Source: Mobula hypostoma | Taxonomy: Eukaryota | Length of the DNA stretch: 64,000 nucleotides | Reading direction: 5' to 3' | Assembly: GCF_963921235.1 (NCBI RefSeq) | Contig: NC_086097.1 | Coordinates: 25,980,001 to 26,044,000, forward strand | Shown here: in pieces, positions 1 to 12,760 of the stretch | Position numbering within the stretch: the stretch's first letter is position 1 | Layout of the letters: each line of letters begins with the position of its first letter | Position numbers and translations under genes: made by a program | Notes under the pieces: model-generated | The model's input: only the letters and a program-made list of their open reading frames with translations | The model's database searches: none | Told to the model about the DNA's origin: nothing

Positions 1-59
1 TCTAAAAGGCTGGGATGCATCATCCTGTCCAACAGTGGCCTCAGAAGATAGGAGGAATG

Positions 60-376
60 CAAGCAGGCTTTTTCCACTGAAGCTGAGTGAGACTACAACT
101 AGAGGTCAACTAGAAGACTACAACTAGGGCAAAAGGTGAAGTGTTTTAGGGGAACATGAGGGGAAACCTCTTCACTCAGAGGGTCACAAGAGTGTGGAAT
201 GAGCTGCCAGCGTAAGCTCGATTTCGACATTTAAGTTTGGATAGGTAAATGGATGGGAGGGGTATACAGGGCAATGGTCCCAGTGCAGGTCAATGGGAGT
301 AGGCAGTTTCAATGGTTCAGCATCACTGGATGGGCTGAAGGGCCTATTTCTGTGCTGTACTTTTCTATGACTATGT
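60..376 (+). mobile_element. CR1 LINE 3' fragment
   Basis: Degenerate end of ORF2 (FFPL..RTRG..FTQRV..WN) and a ctatgactatg tail. Confidence 0.8.
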
Positions 377-1038
377 TGCTGCCAGGTCTGACATATTTTA
401 GCTCTCAGATATTTGAGAAACTGAATTTATTAAACTAACAGTTAAAAAATAGTTGCAATCTCAAATCATACAAAGGAGCTACAACCCTTTTCCATGGAAA
501 ACTCAAACCTGTTTATGCAATTTCCTTCTCTGGCCACTCTTAAAATAGAATTGCAAGATGATCTAATTGTATATCTGATCATTTGAAACAACCGCACATT
601 GATAGGGAATTTTGGTTTGAGATCTGCTGGAGATGCATTTTCCAGACTGGGTGGCGGATCCATTTAGGGTGAATATGAGTGATGTTGACACCACATTGCA
701 AGAATGTCTCATGGGGCTGCAGAGTGATACAACAGCTAAATCAAAATTCAAACACAGCAAACAAAATTTCTGGATAACTAGTGATATTCAAAATAAGTTT
801 CCACAGCTCTGGGAGAAAGCAAAGTTGTTTTTAATTGGATTCCCCACCTCTTATCCAGTTGAATATGGTTTTAGTGAAGCATTTCTCTTGCTATCAAAAG
901 CTTATAACCATCTTGATGTTGTGAAAAGAGGTGATCTTCGATTATCTTTAACTAAATTGCAACCAGATATTCTAAAACACGCAAGTTTGCATCAGTCACA
1001 AGGATCTCACTAAATACTCAAACTAACAATATTATGCA

Positions 1039-1398
1039 ACGCACATCAAAGTCGCTGGTGAACACAGCAGGCCAGGCAGCATCTCTAGGAAGAGGTACAG
1101 TCGACATTTCGGGCCAAGACCCTTCATCAGGACTAACTGAAAGAAGAGCTAGAAAGAGATTTGAAAGTGGGAGGGGGAGGAGGAGGGGGAGATCCAAAAT
1201 GATAGGAGAAGACAGGAGGGGGAGGGATAGAGCTAAGAGCTGGACAGGTGATTGGCAAAAGGAGATACAAGAAGATCATGGGACAGGAGGTCCGGGGAGA
1301 AAGAAAAGGGGGGGGGGAAGCCCAGAGGATGGGCAAGGGGTATAGTGAGAGGGACAGAGGGAGAAAAAGGAGAGAGAAGAAGAATGTGTGCATATTAT
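1039..1398 (-). mobile_element. Penelope-like element terminal repeat inserted in the hAT
   Basis: Same family as the terminus at 22412-22673. Flanked by the direct repeat tattatgca (1030-1038 / 1399-1407). Confidence 0.75.
1098..1135 (-). ncRNA. Minimal type I hammerhead ribozyme motif (core intact)
   Basis: Minus strand reads TAGTC CTGATGA A GGGT CTTG GCCC GAAA TG TC GACTG: helix I, CUGAnGA, helix II, GAAA, UC cleavage site. Confidence 0.75.
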
Positions 1399-2699
1399 TA
1401 TTATGCACTTTTTCATAGCTGGTTGGAAGAATATTATATATTACAAAAAAAGTATCCTGTTCAGAGCTTTGGAGTAGTTTTATTTCTCAAATTCAGCTCT
1501 AACATTATATTTAACTAATAATACCAACATAAATATTGGCTGTATATTAGAATAATTAGTACAGTTGACAAAAAGAACCTTAGTAACTAATGGAAACATT
1601 GGAAGGTGGGGGCCACAGAGGTAAATGAAAGTCACAAGTGGGCCCCGAGCAGTAAATGGTTGAGAACCACTGCTATGCATATACAGTCAGATGACAATAG
1701 TCTTGAACTTGATGTTCTGCATTCTTTTAGAGTTGTCTCTTGTACCTATTCAGTCTACTGATGTGTTGAAATGATCTGTATGGATGGTGTGGCAGCGTTA
1801 GTTTGTTATGGCCACATACACAGAAAAATGTTTATGTGCTATCCAGGTACCAGTGAGCACAGCTACACAGAACACTGTCACAGGAGAGCAGCATCCACCA
1901 TCCAGGACCCCACCACCCCGACTACACTCGCTTCTCTCTGCTACCATCAGGATCATCAGGACTCAGACCACCAGGTTCAGGAACAGCTGTTACTCCTTGT
2001 TACAGGGATTATCCATTAGGAACAATGATCATTAGGCACAGAGAGAATCTGCATTTACTAACAAGTACCTTCACTGGCTCAATTCACAAGCACGTGAATT
2101 CACACAAATGAATACCTGTGTGCGCACTGTACACCTGTGTGCCATGTTTCCCTGAACCTTCATGAAAAGTCAAAGAATAGAAAAGGTAATACCCTGGAAA
2201 GGTGGCCAGGTGTTCCTTGTGCTCCCATGGGGTACTCCACATCCATGATGGTTGGCCTCCAGAGAGTTGACGCTCTCTTGCTGTTAAACTCGTTCCTCAC
2301 CAGTTCAAATGCTGCACCTCAATCTCATTTGCTCAAATTCACCTTCTGGTTAGCTCTGGTCCAGAACTACCACCAGCTTTATTCTATAGCTTTTGCCCTC
2401 AGCCTCTTGCCTTTAATTCCTTGCAACTCTGACTGCTTCAAACCAGGTAACCCAGACACTGAGTCTAATGAGATTACAGATTGCTCCTCCTGCAAACCTG
2501 TCACTTTACATAATAAATAGCTAATTGTCTGACAATGGTATCAGAATTAGCAGGTCATTAGCTGAAACTCCTTGTGCACACATTCAGTTGCTCTGATTAA
2601 ATGATCCCAGGGCAAGAAACCAATTGAAACAGTTCACAAAATGGCAGCTGTAAGGACAGTCTCACAAAATGTCCGCCTCCAATCCTGTTCACTGATTGT

Positions 2700-3035
2700 T
2701 GTTCTTTCTGGCCAATACCCTCAACCACCAGGCTCTTGAACCAGTGAGGATAACTTCACTCGCCCTATCACTGAACTGTTCCCACACCTGTGGACTTACT
2801 TTCAAGAACTCTCCATCTCATATTCTCAATATCTATTGCTTATTTATTTATTATTATTGTTTTTTTTCTTTTGTATTTGTACAGTATGTTGTCTTTTGCA
2901 CATTGATTGTTTGTCCATCCTGTTGGGTGCAGCTTTTTATGGATCCTATTACGTTTCTAGGATTTACTGAGTATGCCCGCAAGAACACAAATCACAGGTT
3001 GTACGTGGTACTTTGATAATAATTTTACTTTGTCC
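2700..3035 (+). mobile_element. Rex1/Babar-type LINE 3' end
   Basis: accaccaggctcttgaacc ... gataataattttactttg tail, which recurs across the window. Confidence 0.65.
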
Positions 3036-3259
3036 TTTGTCATACAGAGAGTAGTGAAAAGAAAACAGAATGTAGAATGCAGACTATAATGTTGAGTTAC
3101 TGGACAGACAGACAAATAAAGTGGATCCCACACTCTGGTTAATTTCATAAATGTAGCTTTGAATTTTCCAGTCGTTTGACATGTTATGTCTCCAGCCCCT
3201 CCTTGTGGAACGCTCAACCTCTTATTTCGGTCTACGACCTCTGATTCTAGGCTCTCCAG

Positions 3260-4090
3260 TTGAAGGAAACGGGCCTGAAGGGTCTGGGCCTAACTATCCA
3301 TTTCCCTCCATAGATGCTGCCTTGCCTGATGAGTTCCTTCACCAGCCTGTGTGCTTAATCTGGAGCAGAAGAAGGTGCTGGAAGAACATCTGTGGAGGGG
3401 AATGGGCAGTTGCCATTTTGGGTTGACACCTTTCATCCAGACTGCAAGTCTGAGAGGGGATAGTCAGCATAATGAGGTGAGGGGAAGGGTTGGGCCCCGG
3501 CAAGTGATAGGTGGATCGGGTGAGGAGAGGCAAGTGGAGGAGCAGAGGGTACAAATAGTGGCAGAGGCTTGGAGGTGACTGGGTCTAACAGGAAAGGGTG
3601 GTGGAGCATGGAACCAAACAAGGAAGGTGGAGAGGGTAGGCGGGGTCAGTGAGGAAAAGGGTGTGAGTGAAGGACAGATAGAGTTGGTGGGAGGAGGAGA
3701 GAGAAACGGGGTGATGGGGGGCTGGGGTGGGTGAAGGAGGAGATAACAGACAATAGACAATAGGTGCAGGAGTAGGCCATTCAGCCCTTCGAGCCAGCAC
3801 CGCCATTCACTGTGATAATGGCTGATCATCCGCAGCCCGTACCCCATTCCTGCCTTCTCCCCATATCCCTTGACTCCACTATCTTTAAGAGCTCTATCTA
3901 ACTCTTTCTTGAAAGCATCAGAGAATTGGCCTCCACTGCCTTCTGAGGCAGAGCATTCCACAGACGGGTAGTTCACAAGGAGAGAAAGGGGAAATGGAAT
4001 AGTGGGGGGAGATCAGGTTACCTGAAATCGGAGATTTCTGTGTCCTCGCCACTGGTTCGTAGTCTACCCAGGCAGTATGTAAGGCGCTGT
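3260..4090 (-). mobile_element. Degenerate Penelope-like terminal sequences, split by a CR1 tail
   Basis: catagatgctgcc motif, purine-rich pLTR-like tract and degenerate hammerhead boxes. Confidence 0.5.
3745..3965 (-). mobile_element. Young CR1 3' end
   Basis: FKKELDRALKDSGVKGYGEKAG and a (ctattgt)n tail. Confidence 0.85.
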
Positions 4091-4559
4091 TCCTCTTAAA
4101 TGGAAACAGGAAGCTGGCTCCGGCAAGTAGACTGAACACAGCGAACATCAACCAGTGAGCCAGGTGCTGAAACATTCCCCTGCTCTTCTAAGGGACAAAT
4201 TAGGCCCATGTTTACAGATTCGTTCTTAAGACAGCTGCCTCTGAGCACAGGACACCTTCGTAATGCCTTGGAACGTCAGCCTAAAGGTTTTTGTATACTC
4301 GAATCTGGATTTTAGGAACCGCAAGTCTTCAGACACAGAGGTTTCAACCACTCACCAAGTGAAGATGTTATTGCAATAGATTGGATTTAGAGTGCACTGT
4401 TTGATGTGATGGCAAATACAGATTCACTGAGAGCGCTCGAAAGGAAATTAAAGTTAACAGGGATGGTAAAAGAAAATGCAGAAAGGAATCGAAAGTGAAA
4501 CTGAAACTTCACTCGAGCTGAAGAAGACCAGATGGCCTCTGGAGACACAAGGGGCTTGA

Positions 4560-4822
4560 GGGTGACACGGTGATGTGGTGGTTAGCATAATGCTTTACAG
4601 GGCGTGCTGTCAGATCGGGGTTCAATTCTCACCACTGTCTGTAAGGAGTTTGTACTTTCTCCCTGTGACACAGGGGTTTCCCTTGGGTGCTCCGGTTTCT
4701 TCCGCATTCCAAAGACGTATGATCAGTAAGCTGTGGGCGCGCTATGTCAGCGCCAGAAACGTGGCGGCCCCCAGCTCACCCTGGGACTGTGCTGGTCGTT
4801 GACACAAATGATGCATTTCACT
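4560..4822 (+). mobile_element. tRNA-derived V-SINE-like element
   Basis: Pol III A/B box-like head (gtggtggttagc ... ggggttcaattc) and V-domain gggtgctccggtttc..cattccaaagac. Confidence 0.75.
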
Positions 4823-5050
4823 TCAGCCAGAGGATGGTGAATCTGTGCAAGTCATTGCTGTGGTTGGCTGTGGAGGCCAAGGCATGAAAGTGGAGGTTGA
4901 TAGGTTCTTGATTAATCATGTTGTCAAAAGTTGCGGGGAGAAGGCAAGAGAATGAGGTTGAGAAGGATAATAAATCAGCCATGGTTTAATGGTGGTGCAG
5001 ATTCAATGGGCTGAAAGGGCCAATCCTGCTTCTGTATGTGTTGTTCCTTT
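4815..5050 (+). mobile_element. CR1 3' fragment
   Basis: FSQRMVNL..SL..AVEA remnant and CR1-type 3' UTR. Confidence 0.7.
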
Positions 5051-5051
5051 T

Positions 5052-5165
5052 CGCTAACTCAACACTCAACCCAGCACGGATGGAAAGTGTGCAAGGAGCC
5101 GGCTGGATCTGAACTCGGGACAATTTGCCTCAAAGTCCGGTACTGATGCCATGACACCACCGGCC
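5052..5165 (-). mobile_element. Short tRNA-derived SINE
   Basis: Minus strand has ggccggtggtgtcatggc (A box) ... gagttcagatcc (B box). Confidence 0.6.
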
Positions 5166-5580
5166 AGCTTTCTGCTGTTATGATCTTATGGAAAGGCAGC
5201 GATGAGGAGGAAGTCTGAGGCGATGGGTGGACAGAGGAGGGGTGTCAGGTGACAGGCAGGTTACACCAGGTAGGGGAGGTAAACTGAGAGACCGAGGCAG
5301 GTGGATGATGGATGTGGGCAGACAAAGAGGGAGAAAGAACACACATACTATATATAGAGATGCAGATGGGGCAAGATAAGGAGAGTGCGAAGGTTGGAAG
5401 CTATAAGCAGAAACACAAGGGCTCACAGTGCTGGACTCTGATAAGTAAAGGCAGTGAGGATGGGAACCCACGGGGGACAGGTGTACAGCAGGTGGAACCA
5501 GACCAGGTGGTGGTGGAGGGGAGAAGCCTGAACTGTGTGTGTGGTGGCAAGTTTATAGAACCAGGAGGGGAGGGCCACAG

Positions 5581-5702
5581 ATTTAGATTTAGATTAGATT
5601 ATGAAGACACATAGTCCTCTTTCATTGTCATTTAGTAATGCATGCATTAAGAAATGATGCATTATTTCCTCCGGTGTGATATCACAAAACACAGGACAGA
5701 CC
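5581..5702 (-). mobile_element. 3' tail of the non-autonomous retroposon seen at 21745-22411
   Basis: Reverse complement matches 22300-22411, including the (aatct)n tail. Confidence 0.75.
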
Positions 5703-8359
5703 AGGATTCCTCCCACATTCCAAAGACGTATGGGTTAGTAGGTTAATTGGTCATATGAGTGAAATTGTGATCACTGGGCTGGAAGGGCCCATAGCCATGC
5801 TGTAACTCTAAATAAAAAAAAAATAAAACTAAGGCACTGTTGTTGTCTTTTAATGTGTGAAGAACAGAGGATGAATGTACGTAACTGGAATACACTGGCA
5901 GAGCACAGTGGAAACAGAGTCACTGGCAGCGTGAAGCATCGAGATAAGCACTTGCTTTGAAGACAGCGGCCCAAGTGCAGGAGAGTGGGATTAATTCACC
6001 GGTCGACGTGAACACTGTGAGCCAAATGGCTGTGGTTTCAGCTGTCATACACCCCTCCCCCATGGTTCCTTTTCTGACTGCTTTTACTTATCAGTGGGAA
6101 TTCAACTGAGAGTCCAAGATGCCCATCTGCACTAATCCTATGTATCTTCATTTGGGCCATATCACACTAAACGTTTCCTATCCAATGTTCCTGTTTGAAT
6201 GTTTCTTAAAGATTGCAATTGCACCCACTTCTACCACTTCCGTTGACATTTCATACCCTTATGCCTTCCTGAGACATTGCCTGTTGTAGATGTTCCTTGA
6301 GGATGGGAAGAGCTGTAGCTGTGATGGAACTGGCTGAGCCCAACGTTCTCTGCAGCCTCTTGCATCCCTGTGCCCGTAAGCCTTCCAGTTGCAATTCCAG
6401 TTCTGTAAGATAGTCTGTAAGGAGCTGCAGCTGGATGCACCTCTTTCAGGTGTAGTTATCAGGGTGACTGGAGGTTTTCCAGAATTCCCACACCTGACAT
6501 AAAGAACACACCTTTGACCCTGGGCCCATGCTCACTGCACTAGCTAGTCACTAAAAGGCAAAGAAAGTAACTTACCAGAAACTTAACTTAGTCTCTACCT
6601 CTTCTTGCCAAAGCCTCAAACTTTCCACTCTAACACTGCCAACTCCAACAATGGCTGTTCGGCTTAAACCTTATTGGAAGCATCCTCTTCATGTCCACTC
6701 TATCTAGACCTTTCAATACTTGGTAGATTTCAATGAGGTTCCCATCTATGTTTCATAAAGTTCTTTGGTTATGAGAGGAGGACACTCGGCCCAATATGTG
6801 CCTGTGCTTCTCTTTGTAAAAAGTCTCCAGTTGGTTCCTCTCTTCCACCCGTTCCTTATCGCCCTCAGCAGTTCCTTTTCCACAGTGTAGCCAGTTCTCA
6901 TTCTGAGGTTCCAATACAATCAGCTCCCACTGCACTTTTAGTCAGATATTGCAGACTATACTAACCTGGCGTGTATAGAATATCTCCTCTCTCTCTCTCT
7001 CTGATTCTTCCTCTGTTTCTGTCAATGAAAAAAAATCCCTTCCCAGCAGCCTTGTTAACATGACTCCTAATTCTGTGCCTTTCTATTAAACTAAATTCTG
7101 CTTAATTCTTCCCTTAATATGATAAGATTGACACTTGACCTCACTGCATTTTCTCTGTAAGTATAACACATCATTCTGCACACTGTTTCTGTTTTATCTT
7201 GTACTACCTCAGTGCACTGTTGTAATGAATCGGTCTGCATGGATGGTATGCATGACTAATTTTTCTGTACCTCCGTACTTGTGACTATAATAAACTAATT
7301 TACTCTAATAGACGCAGTTTCTCCATAATGCCCATAACTGGATGGTGGAGGATAACTTTCAAAGGGACATTTGTAAGACAAGACCTCCAGCAGTGCGACA
7401 TGGCTGATGAGATAATTTCAAAACCATTCTAATTATCTTAATTTCCCATCTCTCATAGATAAAATCAGGAGGAAGCCACATGACTCCTAAAACTATCTTC
7501 ACCACGGTAACCTCTAGACTAATTTGCCATATCATCCAGTGTCCACTCCGCTCTAATCCCACATTCCCTGGTAAGTGAGCTGAGCTCATCACCCCTACTG
7601 GGGCAGAGGCAGCCGGCAGCAGCTGGCCAGAGTCCTCTGCTCTGGGCCAGTCTTCCAAATTATCCTCAGGTGTAGTCCATTTTTTTGCTGCATCCTTCCT
7701 CCCCCAGGGATGAGGTCTTCGGAGCTTCTGTTGGTGTTTCTGTAGCTCTGGGTTTTTATGGGATGGGGTTATTAGCCTCCTCCTTTTGCAGCTGGGCCTG
7801 AGACTGTCCATGGTGGCGCCACATTCCTTACTATTCAACTATATATTGAACACAATCAGTAACAGAACATTCACAGAGAATTCTGTAAGGTTAGAAGTTC
7901 AAAGTTCAAAGTAAACTTATTTTCCAAGTATATATATGTCACCGTCTGCAACGCTGAGCTTCATTTTCTTGCGGGCATACTCAATAGATCCAAGAACGAT
8001 AGTGCGATCAATGAAAGACCACACCCTACAGTGTGGACAAACAATCAGTGAGCAAAATACAACAAACTGTGCAAATACAAAAGAGGGAAAAAATGAATAT
8101 CGTGAACATTAGATAAACAGTCTTTGAAAGTGAGTCCACAGGTTGTGGGAACAGTCCAGTGATGGGGTGAGTGAAGCTGAATGAAGCTCTTTAAATGAAG
8201 TAATTTCTTCTCATCTCAATTCTAAATGACACTCCCCTTATCATCATACTGTGACCCCCAAGTTCTAGTAAGCTGGGTAAAATGAAAAGGTTTCGTCTCT
8301 GCTCAGTCCTCCTGAAGTCTGCTCCATTCAAGTGAGGTCATCTGCAACAAATCAGAAAC

Positions 8360-8810
8360 CCAAGAGGTTCTGTAGATACTGGAAATCTTGAGCAACACAC
8401 ACAAAATACTGGAGGAACTCAGCAGGTCAGGCAGCAACCATGGAGGGGAATAAACAGTCAACGTTTCAGGCTGAGACCCTTCGTTAGGACTGAAAAGGAA
8501 GGGGACAGAAGTCAGAATAAGAAGGTAGGGGAGGGGAAGAAGGGGAAGGGCGATAGGCGGGACCAGGTGAGCGGGTGGGGGGGGGTTGTAGTAAGAAGCT
8601 AGGAGGTTATAGATGGAAAAAGTAAAGGGCTGAAGAGAAAGGAATCCAATTTGGAGAGGACCGTGGACCATGCGAGAAAAGGAAGGTGGAGGGGCATCAA
8701 AGTGGGGGCGAGGGAGGGAGATGAGGAGAAGGGGTAAGAGGGAAGCCAGAATGGGGAATGGAAAAAGAGAGGAGGGGAGGGGCAGAAATTACCAGAATTA
8801 TAAAAACCTG
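8360..8810 (-). mobile_element. Penelope-like terminal repeat with mutated hammerhead (8455-8492)
   Basis: CAGTC CTAACGA A GGGT CTCA GCCT GAAA CG TT GACTG; homologous to 22412-22673. Confidence 0.8.
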
Positions 8811-8869
8811 GTATAAAAAAAACTAATCTCAATAACCATTTACAAATATCCAGTTCAGTGACAGGGAAG

Positions 8870-11800
8870 GTTGGTCTCTTTATTAATTTATGGGGATGTG
8901 GGCGTCACCAACTAAGCCAGTCATCTCTAGTTGCCCTTCAGAAGGTGGTGATGAGCTGCCTTCTTGAACTGCTACAGTTCCTGACGTCTAGGTACACCCA
9001 CAGTGCTGTTAGAGAGGGAATTCCATGATCTTGACCCAACGATAAAGAAGGAACAGCGATAAGTTTCCAAGTCAGGATGGTGAGCTGCTTGGAGGGGGAT
9101 TTCCAGGTGGTGGTGTTCCCAGGTATCTGCTGTTCTTGTCCTTCTAGATGGTGGTGGTCTTGGGTCTGGAAGGTGCTGCCTTAGGAACTTAGGCTGTTGT
9201 TGCTGTGCATCTTGTAGATAGTACGCACTGCTACAACTGTTCACTGATGGTGGAGGGATTGGATGCTTGTGGAAGGGGTACTAATCAAGTGGACCGTCTT
9301 GTACTGGATGGTGTCAAGCTTCTCGAATGTTGATGGAGCTGCACTCATCCAGGTGAGTGGCGAGTATTCCATTACACTCCTGACCTGAGCCTTGTAGATG
9401 ATGGACGGGCTTTGGGGAGTCAGGAGGTAAGTTACACACCATAGGATTCCTAGCCTTTGACCTGCTCTGGTAGCACAGTGTTTATGTGGCTAGACCGGTT
9501 CAGCTTCCTGTCAATGGTAATCTCCAGGATGTTGATAGTAGGGGATATTAGACCATGATGAGAGATTGAGTTCCTGGGACTATACTCGCTGGAGTTCAGA
9601 AGACTAAGAGGAGATCTTATAGAAACATACAAAATTATGAAAGGGATAGATAAGATAGAGGCAAGAAAGTTGTTTCCACTGTTAGGTGAGACTAGAACTA
9701 GGGGACATAGCCTCAAGATCCATGGGAGAAGATTTAGGATGGAGATGAAAAGGAACTGCTTTTCCCAGCGAGTGGTGAATCTGTGGATTCTCTGCTCAAT
9801 GAAGCAGTGGGAGGCTACCTCAGTAAATATATTTAAGAAAAGGTTGGATAGATTTTTGCATAGTAGGCAATTAAAGGTAGGAGATGAGTCCATGGCCAGT
9901 TCAGCCATGATTTTATTAGATGGCGGAGCAAGCTTGACAGGCCAGATGGCCGACTCCTGCTCCTATTTCTAATGTTCTTTTGATTCAGTGATGGTGATAC
10001 CACTGAATGGCAAGGGACAATGGTTAGAGCCTCTCTTGTGGAAAATGGGCATTGCCTGGCACTTGTGTATCTCGAATGCTACTTGTCGCTTGTCAGCCCA
10101 AGACTGGATATCGTCCAGGTCCTGCTGCATTTGGCTGTGAACTGCTTCACTATCGGAGGAGTCATGAATGGTGCAGAACATTGTGCAGTCACCTGCGAAC
10201 GTCCCCACTTCTGACCTTAAGACAGAAGGAGGGTCATTGATGAAGCAGCTGAAGATGGGAACTCCTGCAGTGACGTCCTGAGGATGACACGATGGACCTC
10301 CAGCCACACAACCATCTTCCTTTGTGTCAGGTATGATTCCAATCAGCGGATAGGGTTTTCCCCCAATCCCCATTGACTCCATTTTAGCTCGGGCACCTTG
10401 TTGTCATACTCGGTCAAATGCTACCTTGACGTCGAGGGCTATCACTCTCATCTCACCTCTGATATTTGGACCACGGAGGTGATGAGGTCAGAAGTTAAGT
10501 GGCCTTGACGGAACCCAAACTGGACATCCGTAAGCAGGTCATTGGCGAGTAGGTGCTGCATGATAGCATTGTTAATGACCCCTTCCATTACTTTGCTGAT
10601 GATGGAGAGTAGGCTGATAGGCTGGTAATTGGCTATTTCTTGTGTACAGGACATACCTGGGCAATTTTCCACATTGCTAAGTAGATGCCGGAGTTGTAGC
10701 TGTTCTGGAACAGCTTGGCTAGTGGCGTAGCAAGTTCTGGAGCACAAGTCTTCAGGACAATTGCTGGGATTTTATCTGGGCCCATAGCCTTCACAGTTTC
10801 CAGTTCCTTGATATCACATGGAGTGAATCGGATTGGCTGCATACTGACATCTGGGGTGCTGGGGACTTCTGGAGGAGGCCGAGCTGGATCATCTACTCGG
10901 GCACTTCTGACTGAAGTTTGTTGCAAATACCTCAGCCTTATCTTTCGCACAAGTGTGCTGGGCTCCTCTGTCATTGAGGATGGGGATATTTGTGAAGTCT
11001 CCTCCTCTAGTGAGTTGTTTGATTGTCCACTGCCATTCACAGCTGGATGCGGCAGGACGATGGAGCTTAGATCTGATCCATTGGTTGTAGGAACACTTAG
11101 CTCTGTCCATTACTTGCTGCTTATGGTGTCTGGCATGCAAGTAGTTCTGTACTGTGGCTTCACCAAGGTGATGCCTCATATTGGGGAATGCCTGGTGTTG
11201 TTCTCGGCATGTCCTCCTGCACTCTCCACTGAAACAGGGTTGATCCCCTGGCCTGGTGGTAATGTTAGAGTGGGGGATATGCTGGGCCATGAAGTTACAG
11301 ATTGCAGTTGGGTACAATTCTGCTGCTGCTGATGGCCCACAGCGCCTTATAGATGCCCAGCCTTGGGCTGCTAGGCCTGTTCGAAGTCTATCCCATTTAG
11401 CACGGTGGTAGTGCCATACAATGCACTGGAGGATTTCCTCAATGTGGAGATGGGATTTAATCTCCACAAATACTGTGTGGTGGTCACTTCTACCAATGCT
11501 TCCGCGGCAGGCAGGTTGGTGAGAATGAGGTCGTGTGTTTTTTCCTCTTGTTGGTTCCCTCACCACCTGCTGTAGTCCTAGTCTAGTAGGTCCCAACCAG
11601 CTCGGTCTGTGGTGGTACTGCCAAGCCACTCTTGGTGATGGACATTGAAGGCCCCCACCCAGAGTACATTCTGTGCCCCTGCCACCCTCAATGCCTCCTC
11701 CAAATGCTGTTCAACATGGAGAGGTACTGATTCATCAGCTGAGGGAGCACAGGACGTGGTAATCAGCAGGAGGTTTCCATTCCCATGTTCAACCTGGTGC

Positions 11801-12050
11801 AATGAGACTTCAAGGGGTCCAGAGCTGATGTTGCGAGTTGCCAGGGCAACTCCCTCTCTACGGTACACCACTGTGCCACCACCTCTGCTAGGCCTGTCCT
11901 GCCAGTGAGACGGTACATACCCAGGCACGGTGATAGTGGAGTCCGGAATGGTAACTATAAGGTCTGATTCTGTCAGTACAACTATGTCAGGCTGTTGCTT
12001 AACTAGTCTGTGAGACAGCTCTCCCAACTTTGGCATAAGTCCCCAGATGC
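8870..12050 (-). mobile_element. Near-complete, frameshifted ORF2 of a CR1/L2-superclade LINE (Crack/Daphne-like)
   Basis: APE motifs (PDIVVLTES, RGGG, VGAFNVH, GRSDH) in ORFs 11578..12036 and 10889..11629. RT motifs (KAMGPDKIP, WKIAQVCPVHKK, QPISLLSIISKVME, QFGFRQGH, FAGD) in ORFs 10633..11040, 10448..10747 and 9969..10382. Confidence 0.85.
9553..9980 (+). mobile_element. CR1 3' fragment nested in the LINE at 8870-12050
   Basis: ORF 9637..9972: MKGIDKIEARKLFPLLGETRTRGHSLKI...FSQRVVNLW. Confidence 0.9.
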
Positions 12051-12344
12051 TAGTTTTGCCTTAAATGGGACTCTCACCAACGTCAATGACTGTTCACTGC
12101 TTTCTTGACTCAGGGGAAAATAAGGGTGGGCAGCAAGTGCTGGTAAAACCAGTTAAGCCAACATTCTGTGATTACATTTTTGAAAGCACAATAACTACGT
12201 GGCATTAGGAAAGAAAACAACATTTTTTACAATTGTGAAATGATGCAGCCAATGGAGTGGGTCTAAGGTGCTGAGATATAGGAAGCACTGTGTTAAAGCT
12301 GCTGTATTGGTATTATTATATATGACTTACTATGTGAATAATCC

Positions 12345-12618
12345 ATGTGGTCACGGGATGCATGTGACTGCAAAAAGCTGCAGAGAGTTGTGGACACAGC
12401 TCAGCATGTGACAGAAACCAACCTCCCCTCCATGGACTCTGTCAACACTTCTCGCTGCCTCAGTAAAACACTCAAAAACTTCTATAGTTGTACCGTGGAG
12501 AGCATTCTGACAGGCTGCATCACTGTCTGGTATGGGGAGGCTGCAGAAGGTTGTAAATCTAGTCAGCTCCATCTTGGGCACCAGCCTACAAAGTACCCAG
12601 GATATCTTCAGGGAGCGG
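12345..12618 (+). mobile_element. Rex1-type LINE fragments
   Basis: KKLQRVVDTAQ and KTLKNFYSCTVESILTGCITVWYG. Confidence 0.75.
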
Positions 12619-12760
12619 TGTACGGAGCAGGGATGTGGGAGGACCAAGGAGAAACCTACACAGTCACAGGAAAGACATGCAGACTTTACACAAGCAGCAC
12701 CCAAGGTTAGGATCGAACTGTGAGGCAGTGGCTCTACTGGCTGCACCTCTGCGTTGCCCT
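12619..12760 (-). mobile_element. V-SINE-like fragment
   Basis: Reverse complement of a V-SINE head/core. Confidence 0.55.

Larger units (their letters stand above)
377..1672 (+). mobile_element. hAT (Charlie/Buster-like) DNA transposon, 3' half, interrupted at ~1039-1398
   Basis: ORF 633..1013 resembles a Buster-type transposase C-terminus (WVADPF, FPTSYPVEYGFS, DLRLSL, HQSQGSH). Right TIR ggttgagaaccactg ends at 1672. Confidence 0.85.

Noticed and set aside
633..1013. Domesticated Buster/ZBED-type gene
   Set aside because: The upstream frame has stops and frameshifts, the 5' part is missing, and a TIR is retained. It is a decayed transposon.
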